Both the position numbers and the translations under genes were made by a program. Below the pieces are notes generated by a model. That model was not told where the DNA came from and did no database searches. It was given only the letters and a program-made list of their open reading frames with translations. A DNA stretch of 64,000 bases from the NCBI GenBank assembly GCA_021432655.1, contig MU271245.1:8229-72228 (forward strand). The letters run 5' to 3'. Below, piece by piece: positions 1 to 12,446 of this stretch. The number at the start of each line of letters is the position of its first letter. The first letter of the stretch is position 1. The DNA comes from Atractiella rhizophila. Taxonomy: Eukaryota.

Positions 1-649
1 CGTAGTGGAAGCTTAGGATTAGGTTAGAGACTATATTGCTTTCTTCGCTTTCTGCTCCGTGGACGGCAAAGCTGATTCTTACGCCTCCTCGGTTTCCGAT
101 TTCTCCCTCCGCCTCCACCAAACAAGCCTCGTCATAGCTGCCACCCGGTTCCTCATCCGTCGCCGTAGAGGCGGTAGCCATTTCCCCGACCTCTCCCTCA
201 AAGGAAGTAACCGTCCCCTCGTCCTAGGCCTCAGAGGCGAGATCCCTTCCCACGACCTCTCCCCTCACTGGCGAGAACCCTTCCCTCGAAGTCGACAACC
301 TCGCCGGTGCCCGCTGCGACAGTTTAGACCGCCAGTTAACGAACGTCTACGGTGAAGCCGCCCGGAGTTCTAGCGACCAGTTCAAAGCTCTAGCCCTAAC
401 CTACGTCCGCGGTTGCAACGACCACCACAACAACCCTAACCTTTGTGTCGTCAGCCTCCTCACCAGTTAGACCGCCGCCTCTCGTCACCGTTCTAGAAAC
501 TCGGTCACCCACAGCCTAACTTCCGCGAGCTTCCTGATCCTCCTGACCGTCGGCTGAATCCTCTCCCTCACCCTCCAGACCATGCGGAACAAAGAAAAAA
601 ACCACAAAGGTAAAACGTTCGAAGACACATCTACGACTCCCGCCTGTGC
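1..649. other. Mirror-image segment (reversed, not complemented)
   Basis: The plain complement is codon-like and has a GTACGC donor at 581 followed by a pyrimidine tract. Reversing 1-649 gives a seamless in-frame join at 650. Confidence 0.92.
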
Positions 650-1129
650 AGGAGAGGTTGCACCTTCTTTCCTGCCGCCACCAAATACGCCAGATACTCC
701 TTTGCCCAGGTAGCCCACTCCATCTCCGACTCCACTCCCTATACCCCTCACTCCGCTCTCAAGATTCGATCCAATGCCTCCCAGCAATCCGCCAGCAGCT
801 TTCTTGGGAGGTTCTTCCTTCCCCTTCTCTTGAGGTGAGAAATGGGGAGATGGAGCACGTGGAGGTTTGGGATTTTCGTCCGTGAGGGAGGACGGAGTAG
901 GATTCTTTGGACCTAGATCAGGAGCGCTAAGTTCCCCTTTGAACTTTCCGACGTCGTCCCTGGGAGGGATTGAACGCGGTCCTGCGTGGTCGTCCAGCAA
1001 GGCAGAAGGCGGCGCGCTCCGCTTCTGACTGTTGTCTGCCAGCGGAAGGGGTTCGCGAGATTTGATTGGGAGAGGCTCTTTGGGCTTTTTGGTGGTGAGG
1101 TCGGTGAGCGGTTTCGTGAGGAATGACAT
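1..1129 (-). CDS. Hypothetical protein: Pro/Lys-rich disordered N-terminus followed by Gly-rich 11-mer repeats; 3' part lies in the mirrored segment and runs off the window
   Basis: ORF from ATG 1129 reads normally to 650 (..GGRKEGATSP). The complement of 1-580 read left to right continues it in frame (ASPSNPNPISDITKEAKDEA..GVGSGISAIGKGAGEGVSFIGRGAG..), with one extra base at about 261-264. Confidence 0.8.
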
Positions 1130-2110
1130 GTTCGTTCGATGTTGATCGTTATCGTTATTAGGTCGTGCTGTTGTGCGTGATATTAGGGGTGCGACTAGGC
1201 GATAAGAGCTTTATAGCAGGAAAGAGCTGAAGATGAGTGGGAGGAAGAGTGACAACGGTGTGATGTAGGATCCATGATGACGACATCACGTCACCACCTT
1301 CAGAATTCAGAATGGTCAGAATGGGAATTCAGATGGCGCATTTCAGTTCTCTATTACCGTGACGCGACAATATTGCCGTTCGTTCTGAACCTGGCTGGAC
1401 AGACGTTGCAGGTCAGGTTGCAGGTATCAAGTCTTTCCTACCCTTGAGAAGGAGTAAATTAGAACACGAACACCGAACATTGCCTATTTCGGACGACTGA
1501 AATTGAACTTGAACTGTTCTCGACCGAAGGGAAGTCAGGGCTAACTTGAAAGCCATTCCACTTCGTGGGACTGTGATACGTTTGAGGTGGAGTTGTGCAG
1601 CGCCAGGGTCAATAGTCGAGGTAACGCCTTTCATTTATTGAGAATTGGCTGTCGAACTTGGAACGTGACACGTACTGAACTTGAACGTTGTACCGCTTGA
1701 AGCTTTGAACACTGAAGCTGAAGGGACACCCCTTCGTGCCCTCTATATTCATTTTACCCTCTCGATTCATTCTGGAGCGAATAGTTTTCTCGTTCGCTCA
1801 TACACGCGGAGTTGTTGTAGGACAATGCCTGTGATAGGATTTCATGATCTCAATGTGCTCATCCATGGAATCCTTCTTTAGGCTGCAAAACGGTGATCAT
1901 AATACAGATATCATGTCAGCTTCTTTCTATATATTAGCCTTCCACACCATTTTACCTACGGTGCCAGATATATGACATCATATGAACACTCCTGACTTGT
2001 TTTGCAGGTAGAGAGCCATTCCAATATCCAGCTCTCAAATTTCCGTCAGCTTTCTTCATCCAACTCACCAGCGATTTTTGATTACATTCACCAATTCCGG
2101 GGGTTGCGAA

Positions 2111-3373
2111 ATGGCTCAAAATCTGCCCCCAGAGGTTGTTGCTCACATCCTTTCGGAGCATGAGCGACAAATCGATGTTTCCTGGTCCCTCATGTCTGAC
2201 CTCTCGTTGATCATCTTGCCTGGTATCTGAGGATGATATAGTGCACGAAATTGGACTCACGAAGTTCGACGGGCTTTCTTTCGCGATGTGACTCTGCACA
2301 CACAAAGCACAAGCACCGCGGATGAGCCTTCCGTCAAGGCGTTCAAGCGTGCCCTCAAATCACAGGCGTTTTTGTGGTTAAAGGGGATGGTACAATCCCT
2401 CATACTCATCTGTTGCAGCTCTTTCCCGAATGAGGAAAAGGGATCAATGTGGGAGCAGATGAGGACAAGTATTTCCAAGTTTTGGACTGAAACGACGGAC
2501 AGAGACTTGATCTCGCTCGAGGACTATGCGAGGAAACTGCCAACACTCAGAAACGTTTCAGTTTTCCGCTACTCAGCCGCACCATGTTTTACGACAGAGC
2601 ACGTTCTCCTGCCATTTTGCGGACTGTCGCTCGATTCTTTTTCGATCGATGACAACACTTTCTTGCCTTTTTTCCCGGGATGTATCCCTCTTTTCAACAG
2701 CCTTACTCTGAAAAACTTTAGCATTAAAATGCGAGGACCGTTTGATTTCCAGACTTGGAACGTGAAGGAAAGGCTTCAGCTTTCTCCTCTTCAAACTCTC
2801 AGTTTCAATTACAATTACAAGAGGTGTCGTCAACACTTCTCCCATGATTTCAAGAACCTTTTGACCTGCACACCTTCTATCCAAAAATTGTGCGTCGGCT
2901 ATTTTTCGTTCAAGACACTTCCAACACTCGACGACGTACCTGTCATTCTAGGCCTCAAAGAACTTTCCCTTTGGAGCTTCAGCTGTCCAGAAGCGGTTCT
3001 CAACGAGCTCATCTCCTCTTTCAAAGTTTTGGAATATCTCACTTTAAGCAGAGTGCAGTGGACCGCAAGCCTGTTTTCTCACTTGCCACATTCTTTACGC
3101 TCTCTCAGCTTATCGATTCCAAGTACTTCATATGTGACACCAATAGAGATTCAAGATGCAATGCTTGAAAGGGCAGCAGGCACATGGGCACACGTACCTC
3201 TCCTTGCACACTTCACGTGTGAGGCGTACCCCCGAGTTATGCCGCTGGACCTATGGCAGGATTTGGTGTCCTTCGGAGGCCTTTTATGGGACGACGGAAG
3301 CTGTGCAAATTTGGAAACGAAGTTGAAAGATAGCAGAAAGGAGTGTAGTTTCAAGTTTCGTTGCGAAACCTAG
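2111..3373 (+). CDS. F-box protein with a probable LRR/RNI-like C-terminal region
   Basis: ATG 2111 gives MAQNLPPEVVAHIL (F-box signature). A 57-nt intron 2185-2241 gives ..VSCARNWTHEVRRAFFRDVTL and joins ORF 2288-3373, which has LxxLxL repeats (LQTLSF, IQKLCV, LKELSL, LEYLTL, LRSLSL). Confidence 0.75.
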
Positions 3374-5610
3374 CGCTAGACTTTTTCAACATCCGGACGT
3401 CATTCCCCTCCCTACTCCTGCGTCAATACCTGTCCACAACGTGGGATTGTTAATTCGAGTTCCACTCAAATATTCTATAGAATGTTCTCCAAATGCATTT
3501 CAGAAAAGAAAGCATATAGTCCGTATTGTCCAACATTTGTGCTGCTCAAGCGTCTCTTTTAAGTCCTTTTACAAAGGACAGCAGCAATCAACCCGATGCG
3601 TGACCCGTCCATTTCTTTGCAGTGGATTGGAGAGTATGCAATATCATCAGATTTTGGTGCTCATTAGATGGATGCTGATAGTCCCGCTTGCTGGGATAGA
3701 ATCGTACGGTCCTGCTGTGCGCAGTTGCATGAACGATTTTCTTAAATTGAAGGAGATGAGCAAGAAAAAGCAAAACCCCTCCTTATTTAGTATTACGGGG
3801 CGGACAGGGTTGGGTCATTTGCTACGACACATTAGATGGGCTAGCTTCGATAAATGTTGAGGCAGTCGCTGAGAGCACTGTAGAAGTGGAAGCGAATCTG
3901 CTGCAGCATGATTGATGTCATCCTCTATTACACAAGAATGTTCAAAAGACTCTAAATCCACCTAATCCAAAGCGAAGCAGCTAGGTGTAATTCTTTTGCC
4001 CGTTTTCCTCCGTCGACCAGCATGCTGGATTCGTCCTGCGCAAAGATTCGCAAAGATGATTGCAGTCTCCTCCCCATCGACATTGACATTGACAAGCAAC
4101 TCCGCCGTGATACTTAGCGCTCAGAGTCACGTCCAACAGCACTCAACCAGACTAACGATAAAATGGGATCTCCACTGTGGCTCCGAACGATGCGAAAGTC
4201 GACGCACCGGAGGTTAGGACGCTCCGTCCCTGTCAAAGATTGCATTCAACTGGTGGTGACAGGGATTGAATGTGCGGAGGCGATAGTGGATCTCTCAAGC
4301 TGGTACGCTAGTCCATGACGACTTGCATCGTTTATGCTTGGTTGTATCATGGGATATGCTAATCGTTGTGGCTCGGCAAATTGGAGTGAGTGAGTCGAGG
4401 CGGGCGCAATCAATTGCGCTGGCTCTAGCTCTTTTGCTCCTCTCTCTCTCTCCAATCACCCTCTGTCTCAAGGCGGCCTAAAATTGAACCTCCTCTGCAG
4501 AGTCTGTACTTTTACAGTATTCTTCTTGCATGATAATAACAAGCATTTCAACGTGAAAGCGGGGAGCAGCAATGCTCCCATTTGTCGTCTAAAGCCAACA
4601 ATCTATGTATATACATGTGAGCTATCTCTGTCCTCAGGTGCATTCAGGCGTACGCCAAAAGCCGCGACAAGCAGGACAACACTCTTATTCCCGAATGAAC
4701 TCATGAACTCGATCTTCATCGCTTCATAGCCAAGCATATTAATCATAGCTTTAATTTCTTGTTCCCAAGCTCACTTCGGTCCAAATCCCTGCTGCAGCAA
4801 CTCCACAGAGAAAGAGAAAGCAACTCCGACAGAAAGCAAGGAGAAGAAGATGCCAGATCAGAGGCTCTCCGAAGTTATCCACACATACAAGGTGGATTAA
4901 TAAGAGTTATCCCACAATTCCCTCGGTGGTTATCATAGGCGGACGCTGATACACATGCACATGGCACGTTCGGACTCCGGGTGCGCTGCCAACCTTAAGA
5001 GGCTAGGTCGTGATCTGGTGTGCTATGTGCGTGGCATGCCAAAGTCTCCCGTTCCGATACATACACGACCATCTCCTCTCCTCTCTTCTCTCTGCTCGAC
5101 CTGATAGGTGTGAGTAGCAGATTTGTGAGTGTTGGTTCGAAGTTTACTGGGTCGACAGTTGGAAGTGGAAGAGATCGGCAACTCCGTCGGCCCTTAGGTG
5201 GTCAATTCACGTACACAGAGTATGTCCTTCTTCCTTCTCCCACTTCTTCTTCTTCCCTTGGCTGGCATATTATCCATCCACTGCCATAACGACATAGCAT
5301 TCCATTCCTCTAATCACAACAAGCATCTAACTACGCATCGTCGATGAAGAGCCCAGAGCACAGCAAACCAACCTCCCGACGGTCTCGCGACTTTGCGCTC
5401 TTCAAAACCGAGCCACCACCACCACCACAGATCAACACCGACGAATTCCCTCCCTTTCCCTCCTCCTCTCCCTACTACGGCCCCACCGCGCTCCGCCTCG
5501 CCCTCCCGCGAGCCCATCAACCTCCCCCCACTCCTCCTCCTCCCGCTCCCCCGCCCCATCAAGGCCTAGAAGGACCTCGAGCACCAAGTCATCCCCCCAA
5601 CACAAAGAGG

Positions 5611-8600
5611 ATGGCCGCCCCGACGCCGAGTCAGAAACTGACCATCCGTCCTCCGCCTCATGTAGACTTCGTACAGGGCTTCCCGGGTGTCCCGCCTCTT
5701 CCCTATCACCTTGCAGATCAACTCGCCAAAGGGTCAGGGCCAGAGGTTGCCCGCTCATTTGGCGGGTACGGTAGAGATTAGACCTGGACCGAAGGGTGTC
5801 AAGGTGTCCTGGTTGCGCATAGAGTTGAAGAAGGTCGAAATCGTCCCGGCGGGGACGGAGGGTGGAGGGAGGGAGAGACATGCTGAGTTGATTGGGAGTG
5901 GGCCGCAGGTGTTGTGGAGGAAGGGGAAGGCCGGTGCAAAGGCTGACGAGGAGTGGGAAACCATGATGAATGTGCGTATCTTTCTTTGTTGATCTTTTTT
6001 TATCTTTATCTTTTATGATGGGGTTGTGTGGTTTATTTTGGTGTGGAGTTCTATCGTCTGAAGGGTGTGCGTGTAACTTTTATGGCGAAGGAGGAGAAGA
6101 AGTGTTTTGTTGTCTCTCAGATGTGAGGGAGTTATTTTAATGCTTTCTTTTTCTGGTGACGGGGTAGCTGGAATTCCTTGCTCGCTTCTGTCTCGCTGAG
6201 GGTGACCCTTGTGTGGGTGAAAGCTTCCACGTTGGATATCCAGCGAGGTGACAATCCGTGGAGATTGTGAGGGTGAAGATCCTGTCAAAGTTTCCCTCAT
6301 CACATTCTTCTCATGTGTTCCACTTCCGTCACGGAACACCAAGCAGTTCCAATTCATTGTTATTTTCTCTTCCCAACCATCACACCATTCAAGATGGATC
6401 GTAGGATCATTTCCTCTTGATCCGTTTGGGAGAAGTGGAAGCTGTACGAACCTGTTTGTGCAGGGCAACGGGCCGGTTAACCTCCGCACGTTCTCCTCCT
6501 GCATCTCGCATCTCCTTCTCATTCTCCACAAAACCCAAAAGCACGTGTATGTATGCTAATGAAAAAAAAACAGCGCGACTTTCCCTTCTCGATCGCCATC
6601 CCCGAAGGTCTGCCGCCCACCGTCGTCCTCGACGCCAAAGGCTGTGGAGTCTTCTACGAACTCGTAGCGTCCCTAGCGACAAAGCCGAAAAAGTCTTTCC
6701 TGTCCTCGTCGAAACAACCGCTGCTCATTCAAACTGTGCCGATAACGTTGGAGAAACATGATCTGCATTGCGCTTGGCCGATTTATCGTCCTATCCCGCC
6801 GGAGACTAGGAATGTGATTTTGCAGGAGGAGACAGGAGGCGTGGCGATGAGCTTTGAGAGGAAACTCACTTGTTATGGACCTGGAGATAGCGTTTGGGTC
6901 AGACTGGTTTTTAAGAGTGAGAGAGTTCGACCGGTACGGGTCAGGGGAATCGAGGTTGTGATTTCCGAAACGGTGCGTACCGACCTTACTTTCTAAAAGC
7001 AAGATGTGATTGATGTGATGTTGGTGGATTGGAATAGATAACTTTCCGTCCAATGGTGACGAACTCGAAAGGATCGAAAACGCTCTCCACGAATGCAGAA
7101 CAACGAACGTCGCTGATCGTGGACTCCAAAGTCGTTCCCAACCAGATGCTCTATCGTGGAGAGCCCTTCACCATAGACATCAAAGGCACCGTCCCACCGA
7201 ACCATCCTCGAGTGACGGTCCGGACGGCGAAGCACATCCAGGTGGCTTACCAACTTGCGGTCCGTGCGCTCCTCGACGGATTCGAGAATGGAAAGGATAG
7301 GGAACTGATCGTCGATCATCTTCCCACTACTATTTCTGGGTTCCCGTTTAAACAGGGAGCGTTGTTGTTGGAGAAGATTGGATGGGATGAGCGTTTGTGT
7401 GCTGGAAGGGGGATGCCGGAGAGTGGGAATTCGAGCGGTCAGGGCATTAGTCCGGGACCTTCTACGTCTATCCCTCAGGAGGATAAACCGCTGCCTACTC
7501 CGGCGAATTTGAGCACTGGTATAGCGACGGGATCTGGAGACAATCGGTTCACGAATGGCTCTGGTTCTTCGAGGCTCTCGATGGCGCCTAACCAGCTTCC
7601 AACTCATCAGCAATCTCCTCCGGGTTCGAGATTGACGACTCCGACCACAGTTCCTCAGCCGAACTTTGGAGGGTTTTCTGAGACGTTGGCGACCGGAGTG
7701 GCAACAGGATTTGCTGGAGGTCCTTCCGGAATTGGAGGCGCTTCACCAATGGGAAGGACGTTAAATCCGAAGTCGAGCAACGGCCAACTGTCGGTCAACA
7801 ATGTGCCACAGTCTGCTCATCCTGGATTCGCCTCAGCTGCATCCTCACCCCTTCATCCAGCCTCTGCCTTCCCTACTTCCCCAGCTGTCGCACCCGGCGC
7901 TTCTTATTCCCCGGCAGCTCCTCCCTTGTCCAGCATCGGCGCGAGTTCTGGTTATGTGCCACCCCCGCCGCCGTTATTGGATGAGAAATCACAGTTGATG
8001 GCTGCAGACGGCATTAGTGCAAGCCTGGCGTCTGCAAATCAAACAGGTTCGTGCCATTCTCTCCTTCTCTTCTAGGTCGAAGACTGATAAGCTGTCGGCC
8101 TTGATAAAGGGAGAGGAGCCGGGTTTCGGATCACAAACCCTTCGTCAGAGGAGAGACGACCGGCGTGGCAAACGGCAGAGGAAGAAAAGAGGCGATTGGG
8201 AGAGAAACTTGCACTGGAGAGGCAGCAGGAAAGTGGCTTGCAGCGTCAGGGTACATCCTCTGCACTGCCCATGTCTCAACCTTCCCCGTCCCCTCAACCT
8301 CAACCCCAACTCCAACAGCAACAACCAACTCAGGCTTACCCCTCAGCTGCAGACGAGAAGGCGAGATTGTTCCGGGAAGCGAAAGAGATGGCTAATAGGA
8401 GCCAATCCGAAGCTCAGGCACAGGAAGCGATGCCCATGTCGATGAATAATAACGCTAACCCGACCACGAATGGCAGCGTGCAGGCGATCAATGGGGCTGG
8501 ATACACGCAACAGCCTCAGCAACTGGCGTTTAACCAGTACCCGATGTCGAACACGACGAACGGTCAAAGTGGGATGCACAACGCTAATCCTACCCTTCAA

Positions 8601-10187
8601 CATGCTCCATATCCTACTAGCAACAATATCCTGACGCATGCTCCTTACCCCACTTCGACGTATCCAATGCCAGGGTTTGGATACACATCTTATGGTCATA
8701 CAAGTATGTCGCTTAAAAATGTTACATGCTTCTGTACTGATTCAGTCGACTAGGTACAGGATCAACGTCTTCACCTATGCCCGCTCCTTCTCCGACGCCA
8801 TCTGCAACGTCCGGTCCACCGCCAACAGACGAGAAGGCTCAAGTCGCGGCTTACTACAAAGCGAAAGAAGAAACGGAGAGGTTCCGATCAGGATTGGCAC
8901 CAAGTAGTGGATCATCCTCGACATCCCTCACGCCGAACCAGGGAGGAGCCAATTTGCACTCCTCACCTTCGGTTAGGAACAAGAACAACTTTTATCCCAC
9001 CAACGCTATCCCCGCCAACCCGACATCTGGTAACACCCTTTACTCGCAGTCAGTAGTCGGATCTGCGAACGGCAATGCTAACTCCAACATCATCCCTGGC
9101 GCTTTACTGCCTCAAGCCACCGGCACGTCGAGCACAGGCAATGCAGCTACCACCCTGACTGACGGTTCGCTTCTTGTTTTTGTTACTCTTGAGGTGAGGC
9201 TCACGTTCCTGAGTAGAACGAATGCGGTACTACGAGGCTATTCGTGCGAGAGACGCGGTTTCGAACCCTGGTGCTGCTCCGTCGGCTGCGCCTTACAAGT
9301 CGGCGGAGGAAGAGAAAGCTGGTATGTCGTTTCCGCAATGAACCGCGTTGTGATATTCTGATGTGGGACGCAACACAGAATTGAAGCGCCAGCTGGAAAA
9401 ATCAGAGATCACGCCACAACCTCAACAGCCTCAGCCACAAATGCCTCAACCGCAAACAGACGCGCTGCCCAACTACGGCGTACCTCCTCCACAGCAGCGA
9501 TCCGAGAAGGCGGAAATGGCAGCTTATTACGCTGCGCGCGAGGCTACCGAACGCTTCACAGCGGCTGAAGAAGGTGGCCCCGATCCGGCTCCTACCACCC
9601 AAGTGAACGCTGCTCCAGTGCCTGCTGCTCATTCCTATGCGTTCCAAGGTCCCCCAGCCAGCTCCTCTTTCTCTTCGACTCCCCAGCGACGAGCGAGCCA
9701 GATGTCGCAGGATTCTGATGGGTCGATTGAGAGGCGGGATCCGGAGATTTCGAAAGGCAAGCGACCTATGCGATCTGGTGCTCATTCGCCGGAATTGCAT
9801 CAAACGCACCAACAGCCAGCGTATAACAGTCCTCAGATGATACCAGAGGAACCGTCCCAGCCTCAGAATAACTTTTATCAATACAATCAGCCAATGCAGC
9901 AGCAGCAAATGCCTCCTCAATCTCAGCCAATGGGTCAGATGGGAATGCAGTCACCGCTTGCTCATGCTCCTTATCCTACCATGCCGACCGGTCAATATCC
10001 GTACAACTTCCTACCAAGCATGCCTGTCAACGCAACAGCGTATTGGCAACAACAACAACAGCAGCAGCAGCAGCCTGGCATGGGAACGTATCAGGGCTTC
10101 AATGCGTATTCGATGTATGGATATCCAAACGCGAATGCACAAGGAAATGGAGCTGTCCCGCCGAGACCTGCAAAGGTTCCTTACTAA
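5611..10187 (+). CDS. Arrestin-fold protein (possibly Art1/Rgl1-like) with a long Pro/Gln-rich tail; frameshift near 5745
   Basis: LTIRPPPHVDFVQGFPGVPP..AHLAGTVEIRPG..VKVSWLRIELKKVE..RDFPFSIAIPEGLPPT..VFYELVASL..TAKHIQVAYQLAVRA. Introns at 5972-6573 and about 6973-7037, plus several later ones. Ends VPPRPAKVPY. Confidence 0.75.
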
Positions 10188-10766
10188 CTCATCAGCTCTT
10201 CTCCCTGACACCCTCCCTCACCTCCTTCGCCCTCTGATTGTTTGGTTCAAAGATGGAATGGATTCATTGGACTAGATCCCTCATTTAGTACTTCTATCTT
10301 ATTCTCATCCTTTCCTCCCTTCCCCTTGTTCTTTGGGACCTTCGTGTGATTTCATATTTCCTGCGCTACATTTTGCCTGAAACAACATTCTCTTCTCTTT
10401 CCACCTCTTTCTGCTTCGCTTTGCTTTTGGTATACAACGCTTTCGGGTGACTCCTGTTCTTTTCTTTTCTTTTTACTTTGTTCATCGAAAACGGCTCAAG
10501 GTAGAGCCTTCTTTGTTCAGATTTTCACTTCATGATTGATCGATCGATGGACGGATAGAAGGACGAATCGATGGGATGTGCTAGCTTGGTCTTGTCTTTA
10601 CAGCTCTAATAGGTGAAAATCAAAGTAGGTAATCATCATGATCAGCGTCACATTGACAGTTCGCTCCGCTGTTCCTCCCAATCACAAATCCGTCCAAACG
10701 ATCAAACGATCAACGCATGGAATTCCCTTTTGAATATCCCTCAAACCACAACAAGAAAACGAAACA

Positions 10767-12446
10767 TCACACTAATCCCCTCTTCCTGTCCTCCCTCCAC
10801 CTCTCCCGCAGAGGATTCTTGATCAAATCCCGCGCCTTCTTGGTGAAGGAAGACTCGCCGCTCTCCAATCCCCAGACGTGTATTCGGTCGGGATCGAGCA
10901 CCTCGAGGTGGGGAGAGTAGGATGTGGATTCCCATAAATGGTACCTGTACCCATCCACACTTGTTGGTTAGCGACTAAAGCGTCTGTGGTAGAGGAGGGG
11001 GACGAACGCGAATTGTTTGGAACGTTTGAAGTCGTATGAGAGGGATTTGTGGACGAGGTCGAGGTGCTCGTCGTGCCTTTGCATCGTTCAGTCGTTAGTC
11101 TTTAGTGTTTAGAGTGGAAGAGAAGAGAGGACAGACCAAAGAGGCCAGAAGAACGCTCGCTTGTCTAAGACTGCGACCTCGTACGGATTTTTTAGCGCCA
11201 GTTCCTGTCCACAAGCACAAGCATAGTTGGTGACGGATGACAGTTAAGAATGAGGGAGACGAACGTATGGTTTTGATACGCTGTGTGCGGCCTGTATGCA
11301 AACCAGATATTCAGAATTGAGAGGTGTCAAGTTTAGAGTGATGGAGAAACGAATTTTGAAGATGAGGAAGAAGGAGAGACGCACCCATAGGCCTTTATCA
11401 AAGGTTCGATAGCTTTGATACCACCTGCTGATGAATGGAGCCCACGGTTGGGCGAGAATGATGGCGTTGCATAGCCCAGAGGGTTCGACGAGGGATGGGT
11501 CTGGTTGGGCTTCGATTCCCATCACTACCGGAAGGTGGTAGAGGGGCGAGAACGGGCGGAGGACGAATACGTCTAGGTCTCTTCATGATATGTTTCAGCA
11601 TTCAGTCGACAAGGGAAGGATTGGCGTGGCGCACAGGTAAACTGGGAGGTGAAACGTTAGAGGAATATATATGAGGAAAGGATCGAGAGACTTACTGCCT
11701 CCATAATGCAATAAGGCCTCCAACCTTACAATATCCGCCTTATGAGCCCAATGTTCCACCGGTCTTCCCCAAATGGATGTGACGTCGACCACCCTCCTGA
11801 CCTCTACCTTAGCCTCCTTCCCGCTCTCTCCGATCCACCTCTCCTCCAACACGCGGTCCCACCACCAATTCTCTCCCTTCTTCGGAGGGTTCATGGTCCA
11901 AAAGAACACTCTGTCAGGTTTGATGTGCGTGATGCCGGAGAGGAAACAGAGGTAGTGGACGAAGCCGAACGACTTCTCACGTGGCGGGGAGGTTGGCGAG
12001 GTGGAAGAGAGGAAGAATGAATAGTGGATGTATGGCGGGATGAGTCTGTTCGCCTGTATCGACCAGTTCGCATGCAGCGGCGCACTCGCTGCATTCTCCA
12101 GCTCTGGCGTCAAAGATAATGAGGAAGGAGAGAAGTCCTCGACGGGCAGAGGGATGACCGCGTCCACATCGCTGCCGTACCAGTTGTATCCCTCGGCGGG
12201 CCGTACGAGGTGGTTGGGCGGCACGAGGAAGGGGACGTTGGAGGGGCTGCTGCTCGAGAGCGACGGCGGGGAGGAGCGTCGGCCCCAGAGGTAGCCGATG
12301 AGGAAGGGGGGGAGCAGCCACGCGAGCAGCCGGAGCAGCGACGCACGCCGGGAGAAGGGACGCGAGGGGCCGTATACGGGCGAGGTGGACGTGGATAGGG
12401 GGCGAATGGAGAAGCGTGGTAGTGTGCGCATCTTCGCACTTTTCAT
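10767..12446 (-). CDS. Glycosyltransferase family 32 (DXD sugar-binding), type II membrane protein
   Basis: N-terminal TM (LLAWLLPPFLIGYLWG), IPPYIHY, AHKADIVRLEALLHYGGIYLDLDVF (after splicing), GLCNAIILA, WAAHSV, YHLW. Confidence 0.9.

Noticed and set aside
59..355. 98-aa plus-strand ORF and the C-terminal 53 aa of ORF 485-1129
   Set aside because: Both are by-products of the mirrored segment.
393..440. CCCTAAC telomere-like words near the window start
   Set aside because: Isolated, not tandem; they are mirrored codons (GGATTG).
1299..1335. Short TCAGAAT/GAATTC repeats upstream of the first gene
   Set aside because: Too short and degenerate to assign; not a CRISPR array.
4874..4934. TTATCCACA (DnaA-box consensus) and two related GTTATC words
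   Set aside because: Eukaryotic context; at most GATA-type sites, and a chance match is likely.
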